A DNA stretch of 64,000 nucleotides from positions 189,782,001 through 189,846,000 of the forward strand of contig NC_091470.1 in the NCBI RefSeq assembly GCF_036971445.1, written 5' to 3'. Of this stretch, positions 1 through 12,639 are shown piece after piece. Each line of letters starts with the position of its first letter. Position 1 is the first letter of the stretch. The notes below the pieces were generated by a model. The model had not been told where the DNA came from and did no database searches. It worked only from the letters and a program-made list of their open reading frames with translations. The position numbers and the translations under genes were made by a program. This DNA comes from Narcine bancroftii (lineage: Eukaryota).

Positions 1-360
1 TTCTCAATCAGTCTTGCTGATGAAATTTGCCCCCTTCAGAGTTCTCCAGATGGTCCTCCTTTTAGGTCACATTTCAGACAGCCAGTCTTCTCCTTTGACC
101 AGACAGTATTCCAAAAGTTTATCAGTTTTGTCCTTCTGGAACTGAATTCTCACTGTTTCACACCCTCCCGCTCTACGAGCAAAACTGTTCTCTCTCTGCC
201 TGCAAAGATCACGTACTACCAGGCAAGCTGCTGTTGATACTTGGTTGCCTCCTGCAAACAGCATTCTGGAAAAGTCCTGCAAATATTCTATGTTTTAAAA
301 TGTGTGTGTGCAAGCTGCTCTAACAATTCTTCCCAAACCTCCTCTAAATACTCTGTCACA
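1..360. mobile_element. Truncated LTR related to the ~990-bp solo LTR family
   Basis: TTGCTGATGAAATTTGCCCC...GTTCTCCAGATG shared with 10960-11000; ends ...TGTCACA. Confidence 0.65.
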
Positions 361-869
361 CGGTGAACCAGTGGCCGGTTAAGGAATCTGTTTTTGCTGT
401 TCACACTGGGCCACTGATAACCGGTTCTCTGTGTCCTTTCACACTCATCACTTCCCCAGGGATAGGGGATTCTCTCCTCCACTGGTGACGTCTGAGTGAC
501 ACATCGCGCGACGGTGGACCTGCCCTAAATCCTGATCAATGTATCATGATCTCGTATTTAAACCAAATTAATCCTGCCGAATTATAACGTAATGAAGGAT
601 TACGTACAGCACAGTCTGATTCCTTCAGACCCAGTTGTTGTGCTGACCTATGTAAACCTTTACAAACTTATAAAGTACTGTGGGAAAATGGTAGCGGCAA
701 GAGCAGACAGTTTATAAAGACCTTGGTAAAGAGCAATGGTGGACCTGTCCTCCCAGAATTCTGTGCAGCAGAGAAAAGGCTGAATGCACGGAACACTTGT
801 GGGGGGGGGGGGGTGGGGTGTGGGTATTTCTCTGCCGCACAGAATTCTGGGAGGGCAGGTCCGCCATCG

Positions 870-910
<41 letters not shown>

Positions 911-1179
911 ACTGCGACTTTCCCATGGTCCTTCAGAAATTTATAAAGGTTTATATAGGTCGGCAAAGTTTATACCTTTTTAATCTTTTGTTTCCTTCAT
1001 GTTCCGGCTCTCGTGCAAAAACGTCATCAACGCATCATTACTTTGTCCCTGGATAGTAAGTGTCCCTTTCACATTGGGCTAATTGGCACACAGGTGTCAG
1101 ATGACCCCAGGGATGATACTACCTACCTTGGTGGTACATCCCCGGTGCGATTTGAACCCTGCGTGCTGATTAAGGAGGT

Positions 1180-3950
1180 GTCATGCTGAACCCTTAAATT
1201 GGGCCGTTAACTATTAGGACAAGGTGCCAGTGTGAAAGGGGCTTTTGGCTTGAGATCCTTCATGAGGAAGAGCTCGCTTCCAGTGAGGTAATTTAATCAT
1301 TTAATTCAATTAGGAGTAGGTACGGGAGTCAGGTGGGGCAGTGAATCGCTCCGATTGCAGGATGTGGGGAATCTGGGGCAGCGTAATTGTCCCTGATGAC
1401 AGCAGCTGGAGAAGGTGCATCCAGCTGCAGCTCCTGGGAGACCGAATTAGGGAAATGGAGCTGGAGATGGATGAACTCTGGTTCATTCAATAGGCAGAGG
1501 GGGTGATAGAGAGGAGCTTCAGGGAGACAGTCACCCCCAGAAGTCAGGAGGGAGGTAGCTGGGTGACAGTCAGTAGAGAAAGGGAAAGGATAAAGAGAGC
1601 AGAGCATCCCTGTGGCCATTCCCATCAACAATAAGTGTACTGTTTTGGATAATTTTGGTGGGGACGACCTACCAGGGGCAAGTTGTCGTGGTCACGTCTC
1701 TGGACCCCCAGGAAGGAAGGAAGGAAGGAGGGAGGAGAGGAGAGCAGTAGTGATTGGGGATTCGATAGTTAGGGGAACAGATAAGAGGTTCTGTGGGAGA
1801 GAGCGGGAATCCTGGATAGCCTGTTGCTTCCCTGGTGCCAGGGTCCACAATATTTCGGACTGAGTTCTCAGTATTCTCAGGAGGGAGGGTGAGCAGCCAG
1901 ATATCGTGGTCCATGTAGGGACATGACGTGGGTAGGAAGTCCTGCAAAGTGAGTTTAGGGAGTTGGGTGCGAAGTTGAAGGGCAGATCATCCAGGGTTGC
2001 GATCTCAGGGTTGCTGCCTGTGTGCCACATGCTAGTGAGATTAGAAATAGGAAGTTAACGCAGAATACGTGGGAGAAGAGATGGTGCGGGGGAGGGGGGG
2101 GAGCTTCATGTTCCTGGACAATTGGGCTCTGTTCCAGGGAAGGTGGCATCAGTTCCAACGGGATGGTTTGCCCCTGAACTGGAGGGGGGGCTACAGTCCT
2201 GGAGGGTAGGTTGCTGGTGTTGATCCGAGGGTTTTAAACTAGATTGGAGGGGGGATGGGAACCAGAGTGTTAGAGTGGACAGTGGGGTGGAGGAGGGGAA
2301 AGGTCCTGTGAGGACTGCATGTTTAGACAGAAATTAAAGGTTTGCAATTGATAGAAATGTTCTCAGGTGTATTTATTTCAATGCAAGGAGTATTGTCGGA
2401 AAGGCAGACTAGTTTAAGGCGTGGATTAGCCCATGGGATTACGACATTATTGCTATTAGTGAGACGGCTGCAGGAGGGACAGCTCAACTGTGTAGAGCCT
2501 TACATAGTGGAGAAGATCTTAAATAGTTTTTGTGCATCAGTATTTTCTCCGGAAACTGATCTGATGTGTAAGGTAGGAAGGAAAACCAACAGTAGTTGCA
2601 TGGAATGTATAGAGATTGAAGAGGAGGAGGTGCTTGCTGCCTTACAGCGAATAAAGGTAGATGAATCCCCTGGTCCTGACATGATATTTCCTCAGACCTT
2701 GAGGAAGATGAGTGTAGAAATTGCAGGGGCCCTTGCAGAAATATTTAAAATGTCCTTCGCCATGGGGAGGTGCCAGAGGATTGGTGGGTAGCTCATGTAA
2801 TTGAATTGTTTAAAAAAGTGTCCAAAATAAACCAGGAAATTACACACTGACGTCAGTAGTAGGTAAATTATTGGAGGGTGTTCTGAGAGATCGGATACAC
2901 AAGTATTTGGACAGCCAAGGGCTGAGTCAGGATAGTCAACATGGATTTTGCGAGTTAGGTTGTATTTAATATATCTTACAGCCATTTTCAAGGAGGTTAC
3001 CAAGAAAGTGGATGAAGGAAAGGCTGTGGATGTTGTCGACATGGACTTTAGTCAGGCCTTTGACCAGGTCCCACAAGGGAGGTTAATTCAGAAGGTTCAG
3101 ACGCGAGGTATCCATGGAGAGGTTGTACGTTAGATTTGAAATTGGCTGAATGGGAGAAGGCAGAGGGTGGTAGAGGATGGTTGTCTCTCAGACTGGAGGC
3201 CTGTGACTAGTGATGTGCCTCAGGGATTGATGCTGGGACCATTGTTGTTTGTTGTCTCGGTCAATAATCTGGATGATAATGTGGGAAATTGGATCAGCAA
3301 GTTTGAAAGTTACACTAAATTGGAGGTGTTGTGGAGAGCAAGGAAGGCAGAGGGATCTGGACCATCTGGAAAAATGGGCCAGAAAGTGGCAGATGGAACT
3401 TAATGCAGACAAGTGTGAGGTGTTGGATTTTGGAAGGACAAACCAAGGTAGGACAGAGACAGTAAATGGTAGGACCCTGAGGAGAGGGGAGTAACAAAGG
3501 GATCTGAGAATACAGATACATTATTCCCTGAAGGTGGTGTCGCAGGTGGACAGGGTTATAAAGAAAGATTTTGGCATCTCGGCCTTCATAAATCAAAGTT
3601 TTGAGTATGAGTTGGGATGTTATGGTAAAATTGCATAAGACATTGGTGAGGCGAAATTTGGAGCATCGTGTGCAGTTCTGGTCACCTAACTACAGGAAGG
3701 TATCAATAAGATTGAAAGAGTGCGGAGACGATTTACTAAGAAGTTGCTGGGTCTTCAGAAATTATTGGGAAAGATTAAACAGTTAGGGCTTTATTCCTTG
3801 GAGAATAAGGGAGATTTGATAGAGGTTTACAAGATTGAGAGGTGATGGACTGGGTGTAGGTCAATGGGACTTGTCGAATGATGTTTCAGCACAGAGTAGA
3901 AGGGCCAAATGGCCTGTTTTCTGTGCTGAAATGTTCTTTGGTTCTAAGGG
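1180..3950 (+). mobile_element. CR1 LINE, internally deleted (ORF1 esterase plus ORF2 fragments)
   Basis: AVVIGDSIVRG...CCFPGARV (GDSL-like ORF1); SPGPD.IFP; VDVVDMDFSQAFDQVP; VPQGLMLGPLLF; LE.RVQFWSP. Confidence 0.9.
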
Positions 3951-5122
3951 TTCTGCCAGGAACGTGGCCCTGTTCTGGTCCGGGACCGGGGAAAGGTGCT
4001 GGTCGAACTGGGTCAGGTCTCATCTGGGTCTGGTCCGATTCTGGCCTGGAACTGGTCCGGTTCTGACCTGGATCTGGCCCGGGACTGGCCCTGCTCTCTG
4101 ACTGCTGTGTGGTTGGGGTTGGGGCCCCACTGGGTGGGCAGTGAGTTGTCGAGGGGGGAACTGACTGTCTCTGTGTTTTACAGCAGGGTCGAACGGCTAC
4201 AACCCAACCAAAAGTAAGTTCACTGCAAATCGCAGCTGTTCCCTGGGTAAGAACAGGGGGGAGTATCTCTGTCTCAGTCTGTGTGTGGGGGAGGGGCTCT
4301 GTGGGGGGGATGAGAGGATGACACTGTGTGGGGGGGGGGGGGAACCCTGTAACCCGTGTTTAGGCTTGGGAGATTCCATTTGTTGGGAGGGGAACCAGTG
4401 TGAGGGGAGGGGGAATCCCATGTGGGTGTCCGTCTCTGCCTGCGCCAGGGCGGGCGTGTGTCTGCAGGCATGTCTCTGCAGGTGTGTTCGCGACGTGTCC
4501 TTACACGCATGCCTGCCCGGCACTGGGATGGAAAGTTTAACGCCTGTTCTTCCATTCACAGCCTCGGAAAAGGGGGAATCATCGTCCAACTCGTCCGCCA
4601 CGGCCTGAGGTAGGGAGTGTGTGGGATGCTGGGTAGCACTGCTAGAGTGTGGCTGACCATGGGTTGGGCACTGACAACCCCCGGACCGGATCCAGGTCAG
4701 CTGTGACTGGGCCCCACTACCCCATCCGCTGGACATGGCCACCTGCTCAAATCCGTTCCAGGGAAACCAGTCCCAGTCTTCACTGTATCTCCTGTAGGAA
4801 ATGGGGTTTGTCCAGAGAGATACATTGGAGATGGGTTTTCCCTGCCTTATTTTCCCTGGGGAGGGGGGGATACTGGGGTTTTTTTCCTTGACCATTGTGG
4901 GGGGGTTTATTCCAGATCTGGAGGGGGTGTCTGGGTTTTATTCCTGAACTTGTGGGGGGTGGGAGGCATCTGTGAGTTTTATTCCTGCTCTGGGGGGGAT
5001 CTGTGGGTTTTATTCCTGGTCAGGAGTGGGGGGGGGGGGTGTGGATTCAGTCTGTTCGTGTTACTGCTGGTGGGGGTGGTGTGTTCTGTTTTATCCAAGT
5101 GGGGGGGGGTGTTATTACAGTA

Positions 5123-6721
5123 CAGGTTCTCCCCAACTTGCGACCGAAAATCTGTTTAAAAATATATAAAATGTACGTGGTTTACATTGTATTTGAGAAA
5201 CTCTTAACAGCAACACAAGGCATGGAAGAGCCAAAATGCGCACATCTTCCTTGTTAGTCAGTGTCCTGGGGGCCATAGGCTGGGCGCGACCACCTTGGTT
5301 CCTGTGCGCATGCACGAATCTTCGGTTGTTGCATGCGCAGTGGGTTCGCGTATTGGAGTTCGGTTGGTGTATGCGTGAGAGTTAAGGGCATGAATTCAAT
5401 ATCGGGATCAGTGGAACTTTGGCTTACAGGAAGAAAGCAGAGAGTCGTTGTGGAAGGAAAATTTTCTGACTGGAGGTCAGTGACTAGTGGAGGAACCGCA
5501 GGGGTCTGTTTTGGGACCCCCTGCTCTTTGTGATTTTTATGAATGACCTGAATGAAGAGGTGGAAGGATGGGTTAGTATGTTTGCAGATGAGACAAAGGT
5601 TGGTGGGGTTGTGGATGGGGCTTAAGGTTGTTGAAGGTTACAAGAGGATAGAGACAGGATGCAGAGATGGGCAGAAAAGTGGCAGATGGAGTTCAATCTG
5701 GATAAGTGTGAGGTTGTGTATTTTGGAAGGACAAACCAGAAGGCTGAGTTCTGGGTTAATAGTCGGTTACTGTGGATGAACAGCGGGACCTTGGGGTGAA
5801 AATCCAGACATACAAGGACACCGCACTGTTTGATAGGATAGTTAAGAAGGCTTGTGGGATGCTGGGATTCATTAATAGGGAGATTGAATTCAGGAGTGGA
5901 GGGGTCATGTTACAAATTTACACATCTCTGGTGAGACCACACTTGGAATATTGTGTTCAGTCTGGTCACCTCTTTATAGGAAGGCTGTGGAAGCAATGGA
6001 GAGGGGTCAGAGGAGATTGACCAGGATGTTGACTGGATTGGGAAACCAGTGTCATTAGGCCAGGTGAGCAGAGCTGGGACTTTTCACTTTGAAGTGTAGA
6101 CGGAGGAGAGGAGGCTTGATCGAGTTGTACAAGATTATGAGAAGGTGGACAGCCAGCACCTGTTTCCCTGGGCAGGATCAGCAAACATCAGAGGACATGT
6201 GCACAAAGTTAAGGGTTGGATGTTGAGTGGAGACATCAGGGGGAAGTTTTATTTTTAAAGAGTTGTGGGTGCCTGAAATACTCGCCAGGGATGGTGGAGG
6301 CTGAAACTTTGGGGGCATTTAAGAAACTCTTAGATAGACACATGGATGAAAGAAAATAGATGTTATGGGGCAGGGAAGGTTGAGTACCTTTTTTAGGAAG
6401 AAATATATTGGTCGGCACAACATTGAGGGCCAAAGGGCCTGTACTGTGCTGTGTAATTCTATGTTCAGGTGCTTAACTCTCGTGTGTGCACCAACTGAAC
6501 GCCGACGCATGAGGTAAAAATGGACCAGAGTGCGGAAAGGTTCACCAAGGTGAGTCAACAAATTCAGGAAGCTGTAATTTGTTATTATCAAATCTACGAT
6601 GAAAAAAAGATTTGGCTTTAAGACTTCGGAACTCCTGGCGTGGGCAAAATTCTGACGCATCCGTTTTGAGGTACAACCAATTCTTTGGTGCCAATTGAGG
6701 TCATAAGTTGGGGACTATCTG
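5123..6721. mobile_element. Tigger/pogo-like MITE split by the CR1 at 5385-6470
   Basis: TA|CAGGTTCTCCCCAACTTGCGACC ... GGTCATAAGTTGGGGACTATCTG imperfect TIRs. Confidence 0.6.
5385..6470 (+). mobile_element. CR1 LINE 3' fragment
   Basis: WLTGRKQRVVVEGKFSDWRSVTSG; LVRPHLEYCVQ; typical 3' tail. Confidence 0.88.
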
Positions 6722-7354
6722 TTTTTAAATGGGTTTGCATTCTTCATTGACCCACCCCCCCATTCTCTCCTTCCCCTCAGGGCCTCCCTGTCCCACAACC
6801 ATCCATGCAGGAGCTCCAATGGACAGCAAGACATTGGGGGATAGTGTGAGGGATGATCTTGTGTACGTGAGGAGGGGTGGTCGGGGTGTAATTGTGGTGT
6901 GATGATTATATAGGGGGTCGGGGGGGGGTCAGGATTAATCATGGGTGATCTAGGGGAAATAGGGGGAGGGTCGGGCTTTTATCATGGGGTGATGGTTGAT
7001 CTGTGCCTTTAAATTTGCTCTCTGATATCTGATTGTTCACTGATTCGCTGCGGGGCTGGTTTGTAACTTTGCTTTTCACAAGACAAGATGCTGAGCTGAA
7101 GTCGGTGGTGGGGTTTGAGGGAACAGCCCCGGATGGCAGATCCAACCCCGGTCAACCTCTGGAGAGTCACAGCTGGATGAATGGCACATCTTGATTGGTC
7201 TGGTTGCCTGTGACTCAGGACCACATCGTGGGTGAGGGTGGGTGGGAGGGAGGGGTGTTGACCCTGTGCTGCAGTAGGTGGGGGGAGGGGTGTTGCTGAT
7301 CACTGGGAGACCAGGAAATGTGTGTGTTTTGCTGATGGGGTTGAATTTTGCTTC

Positions 7355-7947
7355 AATAAGATTCAATAAAATAACAGAAAACAATATACCAAAGAATCCA
7401 GAGATCTTTCTCCTAAGTAACATAAAAAACAAAGAATTTGGAATTGATTTGGAGGATGCACAAAAAAGATTTGTTAAGATAGCCCTAGCCGTAGCAAAAA
7501 AATGTATTATGTCAACCTGGAAATTGGAAGATAATTTGAAAATACAACAATGGTATATAGAAATGAATAAATGTATTCCATTAGAAAAAATAACATATAG
7601 TTTAAGAAATAATATTGAAATATTCGAACAAGTATGGGAGCCTTACATTAAATACAATAGCGAAAACCTACCGGGGACAAACATTACCTAAGTTGATGGA
7701 AGGAGAAGGAAAGAAAAGAATGGACTCAGTAGAATTTCTGGTGTATTTTTGTTGAATGACAACATTGTCTGACGGGTTTAATGCAACCTAGATTGTATAC
7801 CTAAAATGGATGAGAGGGGGGTGGGGGGGTGGCTTGGGAGGAGGGAGGGGGAGGGAGAAAAAGTCACTGTATATGTGTGAAAAAGAAAAAGTGTATATCA
7901 TGGCTAATGTGATTTATGGTGTGAAAAATAAAAAATTTAAAAAAAAG
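7355..7947 (+). mobile_element. L1 3' fragment (ORF2 C-terminus, 3' UTR, A tail)
   Basis: IPKNPEIFLL...IALAVAKKCIMSTWK...IPLEKITY...VWEPYI; AATAAA and A-rich tail at ~7927-47. Confidence 0.88.
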
Positions 7948-7959
7948 AATACAAAACAG

Positions 7960-9150
7960 GGAAAAATTTAAAATGATAAAATCGTTCGGTGGAGGATCGA
8001 ACTCTCCACCTACAACTACTAGTCTACTAACCTTGGTCCCTCAATGAGCCTCCAGATGCCCTGTCCAGAGGAAGCTGTGCCTCTGCACACACAGGCCAGT
8101 TGCAGTCACTGCACAATGAGCTCTGCCATCCAGGCATCATGCAAATGACTCACTTTGTGAAGGCATGCAATTTATTCAAGTCAGTTGAGGACGCCAGGGA
8201 AATGATCAGGTCCTGCCAAGTCTGTGCTGAGTGCAAGCCACACTTCTACTGCCCCAACAAAGTGCACCTGATAAAGGGATCCCACCCCTTCGAATGACTC
8301 AGTGTCGATTTCATGGGCCCCCTCCACGAACAGGAACGTGTACTTTCTCACAGTCATCAATGAGTATTCTCATTTTCCATTCACCATTCCCTGCCCGGAA
8401 ACGTCCATGCCGTGCGTCATTTAGGGCCCTAGACTCCATTTTTGCCCTGTTCAGGTATCCCGGTTATATTTATAGCGACCGGGGCTCATCATTTATGAAT
8501 GAGGAGCTATGTAAGTTTCTGTTGGTAAGGGGCATCGCATCCAGCAGGATGACCTGCGACAACCCCTGGGGAAATGGACAAGTTGAGAAGAGAAGGCCGT
8601 AAAATTGGCCCACCAGTCCAAAGGACTTCCAGACTCATGCTGGCAGGACGTCCTACCCATGGCACTCCTTTCCATTAGGTCACCACTCTAAACTGCAACC
8701 AATGCGACTCCTCATGAGATGATGATTTCTCGAGAGAAAGTCAACATCAGGGACCACCCTCCCAATTTGACTCACAGCACCAGAACCAGCGCTGCTTCGA
8801 AAGCACGTGAGGAGGAGCAAAACCAACCCATTGGTCGAGAGACTGCATCTACTCCATGCCAACCTCACTTACACCTACATGGCAAACCCGGATGGCAGGG
8901 AGGACACTCTCAGGGATCTGGCACCAGCTGGAACTAGGGGTCCATTACCTCAAGGGAGCCAGAACCTACCCAGGGTTCCCTGGAGAGCACCAAGGGGCTC
9001 AGTGGTCCCAGCCAGCGCTCAACTAGAGCTGGATCACCCACGCCCCGAGGTCCTGAAACCTCAGGAGAATCAGGAAGCCCAGAAGCCGCCTGCACTATGG
9101 CGCTAGGCCCGCATCTCCAGATCTGCTGACAGGTGGAATGTGTAAATACT
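7960..9150 (+). mobile_element. Gypsy pol fragment (RNase H end plus integrase), degraded
   Basis: RWRIELSTYNY; PDALSR; LHNELCHPG...CQVC (HHCC); SVDFMGP; IYSDRGSSF; GNGQVEK. Confidence 0.88.
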
Positions 9151-9329
9151 GTAAAAATAATTTCTATGACTCCAGGAAGAATATTCCGTCCACTACTACT
9201 CTGCTTTCTACATACAAGCCAATGTTTTTATCTACACAGCCATGGTCAAAGTTAAAGAATTTCTTGTATGTTCCATTCTAAATGTAGTAATATGGGTCCT
9301 TTCCCTTTACCTTAGGTTGCACGGAGCTG

Positions 9330-9765
9330 ATCCCTATGACTTTCTGAATGAGTCTCATGAGGGACCTTGTCACATGCCTTACAGAAATCCATATAGATCA
9401 CATCTACTGCCCGACCCCCATCAATATCTTTTGTTACCTTCTCACAAACTCAATTTTGCTTGTGAGGCATGAGCTTCCATTCACAAAGCCAAGTTGACTA
9501 TCCTTGTGTAGATTGGACTTCTCCAAATGCTCATAGATCCTATCGTTAAGAATCCTCTCCAATACCCCCATAGTTTGCACACCACTGACATAAGACTCAC
9601 TAGTCTATAATCCCCAGAATTCTCCCCATTACATTTTGTAAACAAGAAGACTACATTTGCCATTCTCCAATTTTCTGGCACCTCCCTTGTGGCTAAAGAG
9701 AATTCCAAGATCATCGCCAAGGCCTCAGCTAAATCTTCTCTCCCTTCCCACAGCAAATGGGTGTA
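9330..9765 (-). mobile_element. CR1 ORF2 fragment
   Basis: VPENWRMANVVFLFTK...GDYRLVSLMSVVCK. Confidence 0.85.
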
Positions 9766-9925
9766 TTCAAACTGATGATTTTAAGTATCAATTTATTTTT
9801 ATCTCTGTGACAAATATGTGGCTTAAAATTAACAATAAAAGGAATGTTGGTCAATCAGCTGTAAACGAGGCCAGACATCCTGACAATGAAGGTCAGATAT
9901 GTAAACTGAGCCATCAGGATGATAA

Positions 9926-11654
9926 TACTGGGCAACAAATTTTGAACAAGTTTGCTTCTTGAATTGGGGATTATATCGAAAACTTCAAGGTGAACACAAA
10001 GATAATTTCAGATTTGCTGGATCACGTAGGAAGTTGGAGAAACGTTAGTCCTCTTGTTCACAAAATGTAATAGGGAGAATCCTGGGGATTATGGACTAGT
10101 GAGTCTTAAGTCAGTGGTGTGCAAACTACAAGGGTATTGGAGAGGATTCTTAACAATAGGATCTATGAGGATTTGGAGAAGTCCAATCTACACAGGGATA
10201 GTCAACTTGGTTTTGTGAATGATTCTGACACGTTGCGTCAGTTCAACCGACCTCAAAAGACTTTGCTGCTGATTTTCATTTGTACTCAGCATCTGATGCC
10301 TCTTGTGTCCATGACAAGCAATAGTCGGGCAGCAATGATGGATTCCAGTTCCCCTGATACTGTTGAACAGTCAGAAAGTCCCGGTGAAACCTTTCACCGT
10401 GTCCATCACTGACAGCACCAAGATCGGCAGGGAAGACATCCAAGGCCGAACGCAGGAAATGAATTTTCAGCGACACGTTGCCCCTCATGGTTTTGTGTGT
10501 TTGAAGTAGACATAAAATATGACAGGAAATAATGAAAATAGGTTATGTTACGAGCCTAAAGGACCCAAAAACCCAGCAGCAATAGATATTCAACATGACC
10601 AATAGTTGCTTAAACAAAAGTTGTTTTTATTATCTTTAAACATGAAAGCAGAATCAAACTTTAACTTCTCACTATTAACTTAACCCCTTTCTAATTCTAA
10701 GTGCACATGTATATAATGTGTGTGTAAATTTAGGAAAAGTTCTTGGGTTCACAGTTCAATTTCACTTCTCATTCTTCCAGGTTCACTGGTTACAGGCAAT
10801 TCTTATACTATGCACAGAATTTAACATGTATAAGTTCATCAGGCTTTGGTGCTTGAAAGGTCAATGTTTACCACTCAGGAAGGTTCTTGTAGGTTTGCAC
10901 AGAGAGATGTGTCGTTCCAGGATTTCCACAACCGAGGTACCACCATGAGTCACCTCAATGTCTCGCTGATGAAACTTGCCCATTCAGGGTTCTCCAGATG
11001 ATAACCTCTTTCTTTCAGGTTAGCGCAGAGTTCCTTTCTGTTCGACTTATTCCAAGAGAAACATCAGACAGATAGCACTTCCAGACATCTGCCGCTCTGG
11101 AGCTTCTGTTTCAGTTCCAACAAGTTTCTCCTGGCTTGTTACAGCTTTCTGTGTCACACACAGTCAAAGACTCCCTTCTGTCTCTCTCTTTTTCTCTCTG
11201 AGACTTCAACTGCCAGGCAGCATGTCCTTCTCTCTTTCACTTGCAAACCCCTGACCTTCTCCAGCCAACAATAAGAGTTCATCTTTTGGTTCATCTGTTG
11301 TTTTAGGTAAACAATAACCTCTCATGACCTTTCTGGGAAGAGGCATTAGGGGATGGCCTGTCTCTTGCTGTTGTTTTAAAGACAACAGTCCATTCATTCA
11401 CTTGAAATCTCCACAGCATTCTCCATAACTTCTGTAAAGTCACTGAATATGAATTCTTCAGTATTTCAAATATCTGTTTTAAAACCTAATTTTACTAATT
11501 TTTCTTCCAAAAACATTCCCAAATATTCCATCACAGTTATATCTAAAAAACAGTACGTGATAGGAAAATTCAAAAGAATTTTAGTGACCATCAGCCAAAA
11601 ATCTGTAAAATACACCCAAAAGTATTCAGGAAGCAAAATCTTTGTTGTCCAGTG
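9926..11654 (-). mobile_element. Non-autonomous Chapaev3-type (CMC) element, interrupted by an inverted CR1 copy and a solo LTR
   Basis: Transposase C-terminal remnant SLKIHFLRSALDVFPADLGAVSDGHGERFHRD...YQGNWNPSLLPDYC; TIR ...GGAAGCAAAATCTTTGTTGTCCAGTG. Confidence 0.8.
10546..11535. mobile_element. Solo LTR (~990 bp, Gypsy-like)
   Basis: TGTTA...TCACA termini with perfect 4-bp TSD GTTA; flanks rejoin the Chapaev consensus; paralog at 34391-35383. Confidence 0.88.
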
Positions 11655-12159
11655 TAGTGGGGTTGGCAGTGGGAAACTCACTGTTCTTTATCCTCTGATT
11701 AAACCTCAGTGATGCAATAGAATTCTTTCCGACTGGCAGATTTCGGACCCCTACATCCTGTGAAATGTTAACATGAGTCATGCCGAAACAGGCCCTTTGG
11801 CCCATCGAATCTGTACAGACATCAACCACTCATCCTGCTGAATTATGCCAGCATTCCCATCAGTTCTCTGCCAAATTCTGCCACTTGTCAACACATGGCA
11901 GAATCTACAACCACTCCTCGTGTCTTTGGGATGTGGGAGAAGACTCGGGGTGGGGGACATGACATCAGAGGAAGAACGTGCAAGCTTCACATAGACAGTG
12001 CCAGTGGTTGGGTCTCTGGAACAGTGAGGCAATGAATTGACCAATTATACCATTGTGATGTCTGCAATATTAACCCAGTATGAAATGGCAGTCAAGTTCA
12101 AGTTCATTACCATCTGACTGCATATACAACCAGAAGAAAGTGCTTTATCTGGAGCACTG

Positions 12160-12272
12160 CATGCACTCACGCGTGCACACACACACTCATGCACACACAC
12201 AAGCATACACCACACACACACACACCACACACATGCACTCATGCACTCATACAAACACACACACATGCTCAC

Positions 12273-12300
<28 letters not shown>
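12160..12300. repeat. (CA)n microsatellite
   Basis: Direct reading. Confidence 0.95.
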
Positions 12301-12303
<3 letters not shown>

Positions 12304-12639
12304 AAACTGGAGGTCGATGCTATTGCCATCCAGTTGGAGGGAGTCCAGGCGGAATATTTGTGAGAAAAGTTTAATATATTGTATATTTAAAATTCAATCG
12401 GGGGATTGAATTCAAGCGTGGTCACGAGTGTAGCAGTTTCATCGGGTTACACTTGGACAGAGGGATGATCGTTGAACTCTCCAGGACTGTCAGGTTGCGG
12501 AGGGTTCACTGTGGCATCCAGATATGCCGGGGGATGGGGGGTGGGGGAGTGTAAGGTCTTGGATTGGACCCCTCTGCTGCCCATGGGGTGGTATCCAAAG
12601 CCTTAGCAACCCTCCCTCCCCTTGGATCTGACCTCTCTT

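Noticed and set aside
4197-4895. 232-aa minus-strand ORF
   Set aside because: Low-complexity and Pro-rich from G-run DNA, with no recognisable homology
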